The translations under genes and the position numbers were made by a program. Shown piece by piece: positions 10,884 through 24,300 of a stretch of 64,000 nucleotides of DNA. The first letter of the stretch is position 1. Every line of letters starts with the position of its first letter. The stretch covers positions 42,160,001 through 42,224,000 of the forward strand of contig NC_079173.1 of the NCBI RefSeq assembly GCF_947568905.1. Direction: 5' to 3'. The notes beneath the pieces are model-generated. The model did no database searches. It saw only the letters and a program-made list of their open reading frames with translations, and had not been told where the DNA came from. The DNA is from Ostrea edulis (Eukaryota).

Positions 10884-13800
10884 TTAGTACACAAGGCTGC
10901 GTTTTCCAACGATGGATGCAGAGCTCTGAAATATAGAAATGACGAAAAAATCACCGCCGCTGAAACAGAGCTGAAATATGAACTGAAATTCTTATGTAAA
11001 CTCTCAACCAAACAAAATCGAAAAGTACCAGATACATAAAAGAATTATTGAAATCAATACGACGCTTTAGCTACATTTGTACCTGGGAAATACAATTTTG
11101 ATATTTACCGAGCTATTTTAAAAGTCACGCTTTTACAATTATTGTGCAAGATGGTCGAATGTGAGTACATGTAGAAATGAACGTTTTCATTGAATGACCG
11201 AAATTATCATAAACCGTATCGTTTCTCAATTTTTGTCTGATGTTGGAGGTTCACCTGTACGGCACCTGCAGGTGAACATTAAGTTTTATGTTTTCCTAGG
11301 GAAAAAATACAGAATTATTTGATCATATAATAAAATATTCTATGTGAGTGTAATACTTATTGTTCGATTCAGAATGTTACACATTTGGTTTCTGAAATGT
11401 ATGTGAGATCTGCCATGGAATTGAATATTTTGTATATTGAAATAAAGCATTTCCCCTCTTTTCTAGATACCAATCAAATCTGTTTACAATATACATGTAT
11501 ATGATGTAGATATGCTTATTTTGTGTAAACAACAGGCACTTCTTATCAACTACCGCTGCTTTTATAACTTATAGCCAATACGTATTTGTACATTAATCTT
11601 ACATTGCACAATGAAAGGTGAAAATAACGAACAGCTCCTATAAGCAATACATAACATACAGTTGGACAAACACGGACCCCTGGACACACCAGAGGTGTAA
11701 TGTAATGAAGAGAACATCATTTTAATAAAGACCACCACATGACGATGAAAACAAAAGATAGAGCGTCGTTTCCTTACTTTCCAAATTTCCAATTTAGAAT
11801 AATCAAAAATCAAAGAAAACGACCCTTACCGTTCCTATGCCACCTGTCAAACACTCTATAGGAAAACTCAGGCTAGTGAAGTCAATCTGCGTCGTTCGTA
11901 TGTTGTAGAACATCCATTCCCCCATCAACAACTCTTAAAAAGAAGAAAAAGTCCATGGAAAATGTTGTTTGTTAAAGTCTTGAAATACCAAAGTGTACAC
12001 AATTATATTGGTGTTCATGTGGAAACAGTGTGGTCTGCCTGATATTAAGGAAAGTTTGAAACCCACTTGCTTCCTGGGGACACAGAATGAACCCGATAAT
12101 TACGCATTTCAGGTTATGTACTGGTACAAAGAGTATTTGTACTTATTTCACCATGTCGAAAATTCATCACATTCAGTATAATCATGATTCAATGTTTGTT
12201 TTGTACTTAATAATGAACTACTTTTTGTAACTTTTATTGCTGGGTTAACCCTAACCATTACACAAGTTTAATTCTTTCTTGATGATGATGATGATGGTGA
12301 TGATGATGGTGATCATTATCATCGTCGTCATCAAGTGTGTGGTGTATATGCGAACACTGCCAATCTATTTTTAGACGATGGATAACCTCCTGGCGTATTT
12401 TAATCCAGGTCATACTCCCTCCCATAATTCACCGCTCGGCCACTTTCTGTATTATACCCTTGAATAGGACATTTTCAATAATCACGCATATTGTAATCTA
12501 GTATGAAGCAATGGATATTTTTCTATGCATTATTTATAAATCCCTATGTCTCATTATTGATGCTAATGTGTTTTATCGTATATTTGTCATATTTTAATTT
12601 CAGGATTTTCTTGTAACTGGAAAGGTGCAAGGTGAAGATAAGGAACAGTGATCAATCTCATAACTCTGTATCTGAGAAGAGACCACTGACCTTCCGAAAG
12701 TAAACTGGGAAACTTTCTCACTTACCGGCGCGAGCGGGATTCGAACCCGCGCCGACAGAGGTGAGAGCCGTGTGATTTTGAGCGCGATGCTCTAACCACT
12801 CGGCCACGGGGACGTAAACAAGAATCACTGGATATACCAGAAGTGGGATGAGGTGTATATGAGTTAGCATCCCCTGCCGACAGGTCACACCCGTCATGAA
12901 CCCTATGTTTTAATTAGGCAAGCGGCGTAATCCGTAGTCAAAATTAATGTGCCAAGAACAGTCTCAACTGGTATATTGACAGGTTGTATTGCTAAAAAAG
13001 ACCATAGAATTTGCATAGTGCTAAATTTAAACGAGATTGTTGAAAACTTGTAACATCAACTTTCGGTAGTCTACCTCTATTTAAAAACTAACCACACACA
13101 GCACAAACTCTTTCTTATCGAATCAGGTGAGAGGTATATACACCATATGCAGTTGGTTACGGAATATTCCTACATAGATATAGGAAGTTGATGTCATCCC
13201 GTTTGACATAAAGTTGATTTGTTATTTTGCCGTTAATATCCATGTTTAAGAACATATTTAGGCATGAAGCAGATGTGGTGTATTTTACCTCGTTCACTGG
13301 AACATCGAATCGACATATGAATGAAAATGATATTTAAAGCGTCGTCGATAAATCTAAATGTAAGTTGAAGGTCACATTAAGCGATTTTTTGTTTTGTATT
13401 TTCATGTTGAAGCTGAATAAAGTATGTTTTTACATAAACTGACCGCTTATGTAAAACATACTTTAATCAGTTATATCCATTTCTTCCAGTGGTTACATAT
13501 ATATATATCATACATTATGAAATTCAGCATTATAGCAAATAGTACATGGAGCCCCCCCCCCCCCCCCCCCTGACTGCACCTTATAATTTCCTGTTTTTAT
13601 ACTCTGTGCCATATTTNNNNNNNNNNNNNNNNNNNNNNNNNNNNNNNNNNNNNNNNNNNNNNNNNNNNNNNNNNNNNNNNNNNNNNNNNNNNNNNNNNNN
13701 NNNNNNNNNNNNNNNNNNNNNNNNNNNNNNNNNNNNNNNNNNNNNNNNNNNNNNNNNNNNNNNNNNNNNNNNNNNNNNNNNNNNNNNNNNNNNNNNNNNN

Positions 13801-16800
13801 NNNNNNNNNNNNNNNNNNNNNNNNNNNNNNNNNNNTTAATGATCATGGTGATTTTGGTAATAATGATGATGGTGATGATGATGATGGTTTTGGTATTATT
13901 CGTGTTGTTGTTGTCAATGATGATGATGATGGTGATGATGGTGGTGGTGGTGGTGGTGGTGATTCTGTTGGTGGTGTTGTTAATGATGATGATGATGACG
14001 ATGGCGGTGGTGGTGGTGGTGGTGGTGATGTTGGTGACGGTGGTAATTGTGATGATGAGTATGATGATGGTGATGGTGTGGAGGGGCAGTCTACCTACCT
14101 TTACCCACTCACACAGTAACACCTATCATACAATAAACATACCTCCATCCGTGTTTTTCCCGTGGTAGGTTTCCCTCACGGGGATACAGTTCTCGTTGAC
14201 AGCTATCGTCGTATTGTATCCATTGTCTGTGGTTCTGTACAAGGTGATGTTCACAGTTTCTATCCCAGTGACTCCGAAATACGTATCAGACGACTTAACA
14301 GCCCCATCACTTCGCCCTGTAAATAACTATCAGATAACTTAACAGCCCCGTCACTTCACCCTGTAAATAACTATCAGATAACTTAACCGCTCCGTCACTT
14401 CGCCCTGTAAATAACTATCAGATAATTTAACCTCCCCGTCACTTCACCCTGTAAATAAGTATCAGATAACTTAACCGCTCTGTCACTTCGCCCTGTAAAT
14501 AAGTATCAGATAACTTAACCGCTCCGTCACTTCGCCCTGTAAATAAGTATCAGACGACTTAACCGCCCCGTCACTTCGCCCTGTAAATAAATATCAGATA
14601 ATTTAACCACCCATCACTTGGCCCCGTAAATAAGTATCAGACAACTTAACCGCCCCATCACTTCGTCCTGTAAATAAGTATCAGATAATTTAACCTCCCC
14701 GTCACTTCGCCCTGTCAATAACTATCAGATAACTTAACCGCCCCGTCACTTCGCCCTGTAGAGAGAAACAGTCTAGTTCATGCTCAGTCAGCTCTCAATC
14801 AAAAATCCCCCTGCAGACTGTAGAAATATACAGAGTACTGAGTATATGGAAAAAATCTAGATTACAATGACCTGACATTTTAGATTCATTAAGATCTTAT
14901 CATGAGTCGCTTACCTAAAACAACGTTTACTTAGAACATTAGCTAAAAAGGAAAGCGTGCCGAAAATAAGCAGGAGGAAGGTAGCTGTTGGTAAAAAATT
15001 CTAAGTAAATACCTAGACAGGTTTGTTCCGATGATTTCAGTGGAGCCCTGTCACAAATACCACTGTCTAAATGGAGTGTGTATGATACGTTCTGCAATAC
15101 AGACAGCAGCACTTAGACAGTAGAAGATACAGGAAGTGTGTAAGGTAATGTTACAACGCGTGTGTAAGGTTGTATTACAGGAAGTGTGTAAGGTTGTGTT
15201 CCTGTGTAAGGTTGTGTTACAGGAAGTGTGTAAGGTTATGGTACAGGAAGGGTGTAAAGCTGTGTTACAGGAAATGTGTAATGTTGTGTTACAGGAAGCG
15301 TGTAGGGTTGTGTTACAGGATGTGTGTAAGGTTGTGTTACAGGAAGTGTATGAGGTTGTCTTACAGAAAATGTGTGAGGTTGTGTTACAGGAAGTGTGTA
15401 AGGTTGTGTTACAGGAAGTGTGTAAGGTTGTGATACAGGAAGTAGGTAAAGCTGTGTTACAGGAAGTGTGTGAGGTTGTTATACAGGAAGCATGTAAGGT
15501 TGTGTTACAGGAAGCGTGTAAGGTTGTGTTACATAAAGTGTGTGAGGTTGTGTTACAGGAAGTGTGTGAGGTTATGTTACAGGAAGTGTGTGAGGTTGTG
15601 TTACAGGAAGTGTGTAAAGCTATATTACAGGAAGTGTGTGAGGCTGTTATACAAGAAGTGTGTAAGGTTGTGATACAGGAATGTATAGTGTACAAGCTTA
15701 AAGAAAGCTGAATTGTATGTTGTTGATTTACCGGAAGTTTTTGTGGATATGACTTAGTTGTATTGTATAATCAAAATTACTTTATATGGCTGTCTAACCG
15801 GGAATTGCAATATATATGACTGTGTAACCGGAAGTGGTAGTGTATACGGCTGTGTAACTGGATTTTACAGTGTATATGACTGTGTAACCGGCGTTTACAG
15901 TGTATATGACTGTGTAACCGGAAGTTACAGTGTATATGACTGTGTAACTGGAAGTTGTAGTGTATATGACTGTGTACCCGGAAGTTGTAGTGTATATGAC
16001 TGTGTCCTCGGAAGTTACAGTGTATATGACTGTGTAACCGGAAGTTGCAGTGTATATAAATGTGTACCTGGAAGTTACAGTGTATATGACTGTGTAACCG
16101 GAAGTTGCAGTGTACATTACTGTGTGTTTTCCCTTCTATGTCGTTTGTGCAAGATCCATAGAAACAAGGTCCGACTTTACATATTTTGAACATTAAAAAC
16201 TAATAAATGTGATAGAAACAGTGAAGTTCTCTAAATCAAGATATCAACTGACTTATAGAATATTTCAGGTTTTGTAATATACTCACGCTTTGGTAGTCTC
16301 TGATGTGCCTGATTCTATCCTTTCTCCCGTTCATTGTATTTGTGCCCTCAGCCACCATCATATGACGAACATGGTCAATCTTCAACTGGTATTCATACTA
16401 TCAGAAATTTAACCATCAGTCGTTTGTTTGACAAAATCAGTACTTTTTCATGAACGTAGTCGTTTACTTAAATTTCTTTTTCTATGATATTTTTGATACT
16501 TGTAATGATAGCCATTTTCCCCCATCAATTGGCTGCAATTGTGACTAAACAAAAATCCCACAAGTCGATGACATTTGAGGAGCGTACGTTCCAGCCATGG
16601 CGTGTGACGATGACATCACCTTAACTGTGACGCTTCACACTGGCATACTTCATGAAGCGCGTTAAAAACAATTCCTTAAAATTCTAATTCTCGTTGATTC
16701 TGTGTGTCACTGTTTAATATTAAAATAGATGTTTATGAACAAAAAAGTAGGAAATTAACGAGACTGATAAAGAAAAGGGGTGATACTTACACTAACAGTG

Positions 16801-16925
16801 TAGGGTCCTTGAACAGCAAATACCGTCACTGACCCTCTCTCGTATCCTTCCCACCGGTCAGGGTAGCAACACAGCTGATCACTACGTCCGAACAGTAAAA
16901 CACTGAGTAGATAAAAAGCTAACAT
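10884..16925 (-). CDS. Ependymin-related protein (secreted, 214 aa, 6 coding exons)
   Basis: Exons 16925-16791, 16397-16287, 15091-15013, 14316-14143, 11933-11830, 10925-10884. All GT-AG, phases 0,0,1,1,0, total 645 nt. Protein MLAFYLLSVLLFGRSDQLCCYPDRWEG...IRDYQS...CDRAPLKSSEQTCLG...NCIPVRE...FYNIRTTQIDFTSLSFPIEC...GKRSLVY*. Signal peptide, CCxPxxWEG, CIPV and FxPxxC match the ependymin family pattern. The last exon is the least certain. Confidence 0.85.
11611..11698 (-). mobile_element. 3' terminal fragment of Naiad-like element
   Basis: atgaaaggtgaaaataacgaacag...cacggacccctggacacaccagaggtg. Confidence 0.75.
12626..13385 (-). mobile_element. Decayed Naiad-like 3' region interrupted by a SINE
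   Basis: Terminus at 12626-12668 resumes at ~12812 and runs into the degenerate RT C-terminus. Confidence 0.7.
12672..12810 (-). mobile_element. tRNA-derived SINE, 3'-truncated
   Basis: Minus strand ccgtggccgagtggttagagc...ggttcgaatcccg (A and B boxes, no intact acceptor stem), followed by the same body as 32482-32728. Confidence 0.8.
13617..13835. other. Assembly gap (219 N)
   Basis: Run of N between a poly-C region and a trinucleotide repeat. Confidence 0.99.
13836..14080. repeat. Compound (ATG/GTG/TTG)n microsatellite
   Basis: Directly visible; explains the low-complexity ORFs here. Confidence 0.95.
14282..14758 (-). repeat. 44-bp minisatellite, 11 copies, each containing a splice acceptor plus the exon-4 start of the ependymin gene
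   Basis: Minus-strand unit cttatttacag|GGCGAAGTGACGGGGCGGTTAAGTTATCTGATA; the last copy is the coding exon start. Confidence 0.9.
15125..15690. repeat. 24-bp minisatellite (gtgtgtaaggttgtgttacaggaa)
   Basis: About 23 copies in intron 2 of the ependymin gene. Confidence 0.95.
15790..16115. repeat. 30-bp minisatellite (ggaagttacagtgtatatgactgtgtaacc)
   Basis: About 11 copies, intronic. Confidence 0.95.
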
Positions 16926-17159
16926 AACAATTTCACGATAGTAACTACAAGTAGATTTCAATTGTAGATGTAAGACTTACGTGACCCAGCTTAATATGGA
17001 TTTCAAATCTAGCAGTAAAGACTCACTGACCCTGCTTTTTATCTTGCGTAATACGTAGAATTCGGTATATGATAATTGCATATGTAGATAAGAGCTCCCG
17101 AACCTGTTGTAACTGCATAGTCTCTAGAATTGAGGGGTCGTTCTTTACATACTAATTTT

Positions 17160-17330
17160 GACTACGTTTATCAGGGCTCATGGTGAGTGTAACCGTCGAC
17201 AGAGGATGATTACTTCTCCTAGGGATCTCATCCCACCTCTGGTGTATCCAGCGGTCCGTGTTTGCCGTACTCCTGCTTTTGTATTCTCTATAGGAATGAG
17301 ATTGATCACTATTCGTTATTTTGACTTAAT
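17160..17330 (+). mobile_element. Decayed Naiad-like 3' terminus
   Basis: atcagggctcatggtgagtgtaaccgtcgacag...cccacctctggtgtatccag. Confidence 0.7.
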
Positions 17331-17439
17331 ATATTTAGATGAAAGGTCGAAAACTGGTAATGATGATTATCTAAAGAAAAAAATTAGTTTTAGATCAAGG
17401 GAACATCCTGTGACATTTTTAAAAAAAACAACCAATGGT

Positions 17440-17700
17440 TGATTGATTGATTGATTTTACGTCCCATCGAGAATTTTTAACTCATATTGAGACGTCACCA
17501 GCTGTAGGTGAAGTACCAGAAATTTAGAACTATCCTTAGCTCTCATGGCCGTAGCAGTGAGAGATCTTTATAGTGCCAACGTCTGCTGTGACACAGGGCC
17601 TCCGTTTTTAAGGTCATATCGAAAGATCCGTGATTCTCACTTCTAAATGCCTAGGGTTTGGCGAAGGAGCAATCACTACCTATTTATAAGTCTTAGGTTT
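17440..17700 (-). mobile_element. SINE body and tail related to 3460-3798
   Basis: (TTGA)n followed by acgtcccatcgagaattttt...gagacgtcacc...tccgtttttaaggt. tRNA head not visible. Confidence 0.65.
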
Positions 17701-18074
17701 GAAATGGTTAGAACAGAGATGCTTCTGTTGGTTCAGCTTTCACGGAATGTAGTAATCACTCAAATTTTCTACACTGTTCTGCCACTCGTGGTTTTCAACA
17801 CAAATTAAGTCATCGTTTCCTCTGCGTGGACGTTTTTTTCCAGGGTTGGGAAAGGGTGAACTTTAACACCATCCAAAGTAGATATACACCCCTTTCTTTC
17901 CTTTATTTAAATTCCGACCGTTCTTGGCACAATTTTTTTTCAAAAGCAATTTCTTACCAGAGTAAACAATATCAACCAAAAGTACACCTGCTGAACATTT
18001 CGTTCATATCACCTGACTGGCGTGGTTAAATGCGAAAAATTCCCTGTGTACCGGATGAACTCGAAACGTGATTA

Positions 18075-18295
18075 AGAAAATCTGTCGTTAGGTCAAATGC
18101 TGTCTGGCATTTTTCTTATCAACTGTTAGATCGTTCTTTACATTCTAAAGTTGACTACGGATTACCCCGTTTACCTGATTAAGATAGCGGTTAAACAGTA
18201 GGTGTGACCGGTAAACATGGGATGTTTACTCTTCTTAGACACCTGATCCAATCTTTCCTATGTTTGCGCTACTCTTGATTTTGTATTATAAGGAT
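18075..18295 (+). mobile_element. Decayed Naiad-like 3' region
   Basis: taggtcaaatgctgtctg...aggtgtgaccggt...acacctgatcc. Confidence 0.7.
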
Positions 18296-18355
18296 TGTTA
18301 GTATATTTGATTGATTTTTGGTGATAATTGTATCACATATCTACATATCTCTAGT

Positions 18356-18612
18356 GAATCGAAACTAAATCTGAGTATGAATATTGATGAATATGTTTAT
18401 ATTTATACAATGAATCGAAACTAAATCTAACTGAGTATGAATATTGATGAATATGCATATATTTATACAATGAATCGAAACTAAATCTAATTGTGTATAA
18501 ATATTGATGAAATTGTAAATATTTATCCATTGAATCGAAAGTAGATTTAATTGAATATAAATATTGATGATTTGAATCGAAACTATATCTAATTGAAAAT
18601 GAATATTAATGA
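18356..18612. repeat. ~60-bp tandem repeat, about 5 copies
   Basis: gaatcgaaac recurs at 18356, 18412, 18472, 18532, 18574. Confidence 0.85.
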
Positions 18613-19144
18613 AAACGTATGCAGAAGTAGGACTAATCAAATTGATGAGATAGCATTACCATGCAATAACATAGGAAACACTGAGAGATCCCAAGGAAAC
18701 GGAGCGTTAAACTAATGAAAAGTTGTTCATTCGAGGCTACAAACTTGCATTAAACACTCCATAACATGCAGAGCTTTATATAATTTAGAAACATTTTCAC
18801 ACTATTTGCCAGTAACATGTCGAATTTTCAAACCAATTTTGCATGTCTGATTTTGTCATTACTTTCAGGGATCGGATATGAGATAGGTATTTTTAAAACC
18901 AAATTAACTTTTTATAAGTCAGTATACAATCTGTACATATTTTATCAAATTTTGCAATTAAGGAAATCCAATTTTCTTAGAATGCAATCTTTATGACACA
19001 CGAAATCAATTGAATGTAGTCTTTTCTTCTAGGGAATGTTCTGCACCAAAAGTTTTGTTTGAAAAAGATAATTTGATAGATGAACACAATCTTTCTTGCT
19101 ATTCGCACAAGATAGCACGTCGAGGGGACTCCGATAAGCACAGA

Positions 19145-21340
19145 ATGCTGGGTTTGGGGACAGTTGCTCTGTACATACTCCTTGTTGGTATGTTATGTTT
19201 CCTTGAGTTATAATTGTCTTCAAATTTAACTGACATACAATCTCTTATTTTTCAATCTGCAAATTCTTTTCAAAATCATTTCCTTGACAAAAATTCACGT
19301 ACAATGAAATTGAATGTTAAATTCACCATGATTGCAATGTTACTTAATACTTATTGTTGACATTGATTTCGACAATTTAATTAATCAATGCGTGAGATAA
19401 AATCAAAAGAATATCACTCATTGTTTATTGAGTATTTTTCATATCCATCTTTAATTGTAATTAATAGCATTTCTTGTCTTTTCATGTGAAGGAAATCAAA
19501 TTCGCATATACTTCAAACCAGTTACTTGTAAAGTGAAATACAATGCCTTTTTCGGATAGTAAATGTCTATATGTATATATTTTTATCTAGAAATTTCTCT
19601 CTCTGATTTTGTGTAACTCATGACGTATAAAATTTACTTTTCATGAATTAATATTGACTATTAAGGTGATTTTTAACATCCCAAATATAAAGATTTTATC
19701 GACGTTCTTCGTAAAATTCAGAATCCCGTTTAATGAAATTAACATCAATACAGTGTGCAACCATGGTATTCTGTATATATCTAACTACATAATCATTTTT
19801 CGTTATTTTCGCCTTTCATGTTACTGATTGTACGAAATGGGTGTTATCAGAAAAATAAATCTTGTTATCAAACATACTATGAATAAAATAATCCAATGCA
19901 AAGTATATTTCAAGGTATAAATATTAAATCATTTATGAAAAACATTGATTTCCAACATAATATTTAATCCAGTTAGATAAATTCATGAATTTAACCGTCT
20001 TCGTGTGAAGAATATTACTCACGCACAGAAATACCTATCTAAATGAAAAAAACCCAGGGATGTTTCTTAGAGAAAATGTCTAGTAAATATAATGAGCTTA
20101 GAGAGGAGAAGGGAATTAAACCACCTTCAACAAGTATGATTGACAACCACATGTATGGTTATACCATATAGCTCCATTCCAATAAAATCGATTTTTGAAT
20201 ACTTCCCAAATACATGTTCTATGTTTCAAAGAAACCAGAAATGTTTGAAAACTAGCCTCCAATATGATGTATTCTGCTACTTCACCTACAAGGAACATTC
20301 AACGTGGATACGATTAACGGTGTCAACATTTTGCACTACGGATATGATGTTTAGTCTTTTTCATGTTTAGCATCATTACCAACAACTACACCGGAAACGG
20401 AAACAACGGATTCCACCTCGAATAGTACAGGAAGTAGAACGATGACAGATGTATCAACCGTTGAGGTTACTGATGTTACAGAGGAATCAACCGTTGAGGT
20501 TACTGATGTTACAGATAAGACAACCGTTGAGGTTACTGATGTTACAGATAAGACAACCGTTGAGGTTACTGATGTTACAGATAAGACAACCGTTGAGGTT
20601 ACTGATGTTACAGATAAGACAACCGTTGAGGTTACTGATGCTACAGAGGAATCAACCGCTGAGGTTACTGATGTTACAGAGGAATCAACCGTTGAGGTTA
20701 CTGATGGGGCACTAACTGAAAACACTCTAGGAACGACACCAGGTATTTGAAAAATTAACTTGTTGAATCGGATACATTTTTCACAGTGCAGCACGAGTTA
20801 TTTCCCCCTAAATTCAGGGCCGCACAACACGCCGGGGTTCCCAAGTGATTGCGGTATAATCTACTATTTGTGATTGTAATTAAGTGCCAATTAATGGAGT
20901 TTTGTAGAAATTAAGTGTAATTACTGACAAATGACCTAACTGTACAAAATTGTTAGTCATTCATTATGTTTCCCGTATGTTATGTTTTCCAGTCCTCGGC
21001 ATCTTCAGATCAGATTAGTATGATCAGGATATCGTTAGCTTGTCAGCAGACCTTCATTATTGCTTTTTAGCAATATTTTCGACCAACACATAATGAATAT
21101 GCCAGAAATTACATGTGCGTCCAACGCGTGTAATCATTAATTTGTAATCCTTTCACACTGCAGACAAAAATATATACATCAATTATCAATGAATGGCATA
21201 TGTTAATCATATCGAATCCGAATCCCCACTGTAGTATTTTTGTTGTTGTTGAAATCTGTTTTCTAATGTACGTGAGTGGTTTAATCCTCTGAAAGTTAAT
21301 GTTTGTGTAAATCAAAACAAAAGCATCATCAAGCACGTAG

Positions 21341-21386
<46 letters not shown>

Positions 21387-24300
21387 GGGGATACTCTGTA
21401 TATGTGGTTACTGAGGGGCTGTCGATGACAACATGTACGTCTCTTTGTATTGAAAAAGGTCACATCACATTCACTTTATTTTCTTGCGGGTTACTCAGAT
21501 TTCCTACATTCTTTACGTCATCGTTGCACTCATATGGAAATGCAGTGCTTTGATTTCAATGATCTACTCGTTGTCTGCCAAAAGGGGTACTTAAAGTCCA
21601 GTTGGTATGGTGGTGGTAATTTTATCTATAATTTAGACTTTCATGGACAAGATGAAATAATCTGCGTTAGTGAAATGCAAAGACGGCAAAGGAATATATG
21701 TATTTGTGTTCAGGATATTTTGATAGTAGTACTCCATTATTTTGATTTATGACATCATTCATAAACAATGTTGATCATTGAAGTGATGTCCTTGGGAATA
21801 AGAGAAGTTGTTACGTGTACCTTGTATTGACAAAACATTGAGTTAATGGTTGTCATTTTACTTCAGATTTCCAGCCCCTTTCTGTGCCACTATTTAACTC
21901 ATCTATACTTGGTAACATAACGGAGTTTCATGTTGGCATGGAGACAGTCGTCATGGAAACAATAACTTTACCGGAGGGATGCTTTCCAGAAGTCTCATTC
22001 GTCGCAGGCTTCCCAAGAGTGGAACATGTTGACATCAGGAGAAAAGAGTGTGTGTTTGGGAGGAATGTAAAGAAAGAGCACTTTTGTATCTCACATCTCC
22101 ACGCTTTTAAATCGGTAAATATGATATTCTAATATCCTACCAACATGCATTAGAGATCCTTTATCATTAATGTTAGAAATGCATGCCATTTATAACAGAC
22201 GATGTGAAAAATCCAAATACGATAGCGAAAATAAAAGTTTCTGAGAATTTATCACAATACGCAATTTACGAGTTGCCCAATACTTCTTTCCCTTTATAGA
22301 ACTCTTACGAACAGTGAGGCCCAAAAGATACTTTCGTCCACACGCGGTGGGTACAAATGCTTATCGCTGCCCTCATATATTGCCTAAAAGCCGATTAGAA
22401 GACATCATATAACCACCCAACTGCAGGGAAACATAATATTAGTAAGTTTATGAGTATCTAAAAATAAAGTAGCTCAAACAAAAATCGTATCACCATCTTT
22501 CTTTGATGAAAATATCACTCGTGCAGAAGAGGAAATAAAAAATAATTTCATATCTAATTTAATGACTTAATTCAAACAAATAGTATTTTTGATATGGTCA
22601 GTTTAATGTATACCAATGGTTGATAGATTTTCTTGGTTGGTATTTTGTATGTTTTAATTTGTTGTGTTATGATTATTTTGATACAATGAATATAACAAAA
22701 ACTACTACAAATACTACAAAATTGAGAGTAAGACAAAGAGGAAGTAAAAAAAAATTTAAATCCCTAGAAAAACAGAAATAGGATCAGGTACCTAGGAGGA
22801 GTAAATATCACATCCGCCGTGAGCCCTTAATCCCCATCAGACAAACACAATAACCCGCAGTCAAGATCAGTATGTAAATGACAGTCCAATAATTAGTACC
22901 AAACATGTCAAACACCACTCCACTAAATGTCAGGTTGTACTCGTAGTCAAGGGCATTATAACGACCACGAAACAACTGCAAACGGGACCGCTGAAACCCC
23001 TGTAACATCAACTTTGTCAGTAGTCTGCCCCGGTTCAGAAACCTACCACACGCAGACCATCGAAAAACAAACGATATCATATGCAGGCAACAAAGGTACA
23101 CGTTACACAAAGGCGTGAAGCCGATGATGGGGAAGCCAAAGTCGTGTCATAAAGTTGAGCTGTCAACATCAGCCAAATATCGTAATATGAAGTACACGCG
23201 GAAACCCCGCGATGTCCCCCTTTTCGAATTCAATGGGATGTACCGAGAAAACAGACCGAGCTGTTGATTCATCTCAATACCGAGCCGAAGGTCATAGCAA
23301 GAATCTCCTTCTACTCATGTAATTTTTAAGCCTTTGAATAAACTCTGCCTCAAGAATACAAAAACAAGTCAATTGTCATCTTCACAAGTCAAGGGTTATT
23401 GATTCATTACCTCGCACTAACCCTTGACATCAGTGATTATTTTCTACAAAAGTTTGGAACCAATGAGAATACAGTTCTATGTATAACATCACAAAGCGAG
23501 AGATTCGAATAAAACACGTGTATTGATACCTACAGTTATGGCTATTTCAATCGTTTAAGCAATATTGTCTAAAGCAAAAGGGTTTCAAACTTGATCTACT
23601 ATCAATAAACGTAATTAATAATGTAAGCATTACAAATGCGCGTGTGTATCAATACAACAATATGAGATCGCGTCATTTGTATCCATGTACATAATAACAA
23701 GATGCAGTGATTTCATTGGATGTTTTATTTATAGTGGATTACGTAATGGTCTAATGAGCCCAACTTTTATATAGCGACTGATGTCAAGGTTTAGTGTGGG
23801 GTAACGAATCAATAAACCTTGACTTGTGAAGATAGTCATTTATTACAGGGCAAGATTCGTGTTTACGGGATTCCCCACAGAATGCTGGAAGACTTGCCCC
23901 CCCCCCCCCCCCAAAGTCTATGCTAGTCTAGAGCATCCTTTTAAAATCAGATATTAAAGTCAGATATTAAATATGTTCATATTACAGACAGGATTTGAGA
24001 GATATATTAAATCTCTTTATATTACAGACAGAATTTGAGAGATATGTTAAATATGTTTATATTACAGTCAGGATTTGAGAGATATTAAATCTTTGCATTA
24101 CAGTCAGGATTTGAGAGATATATTAAATCTATTTATATTACAAACAGAATTTGAAAGAAAGTTAAATCTGTTTATATTGCAATCAGGATTTGAGAGAGAT
24201 ATTAAATCTTTGTATTACAGACGGGATTTGAGAGTCAAATTGAATATGTTTATATTAACGTCGGGATTTGAGAGAGATATTAAATCTCTTTACATTACAG

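Noticed and set aside
12395-12465. Alternative last exon of the ependymin gene (ESGRAVNYGREYDLD*)
   Set aside because: It lacks the conserved FxPxxC terminus, which is present in 11933-11830.
12725-12810. Functional tRNA genes here and at 32482-32570, 41098-41175 and 41345-41420
   Set aside because: A and B boxes are present but acceptor and anticodon stems do not close, and the heads are fused to repeat bodies, so these are SINE heads.
13508-14168. Long ORFs (204, 97 and 109 aa)
   Set aside because: Artefacts of the N gap and trinucleotide repeats.
15051-16193. Several 100-214 aa ORFs with periodic Cys/His
   Set aside because: Open frames on both strands of the 24-bp and 30-bp minisatellites inside an intron.
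20140-20370. 76-aa ORF ending in a Link-module-like YDVFCY as an extra exon
   Set aside because: No donor/acceptor pair of the required phase 1-1 was found; exon 1 already splices in frame to 20371.
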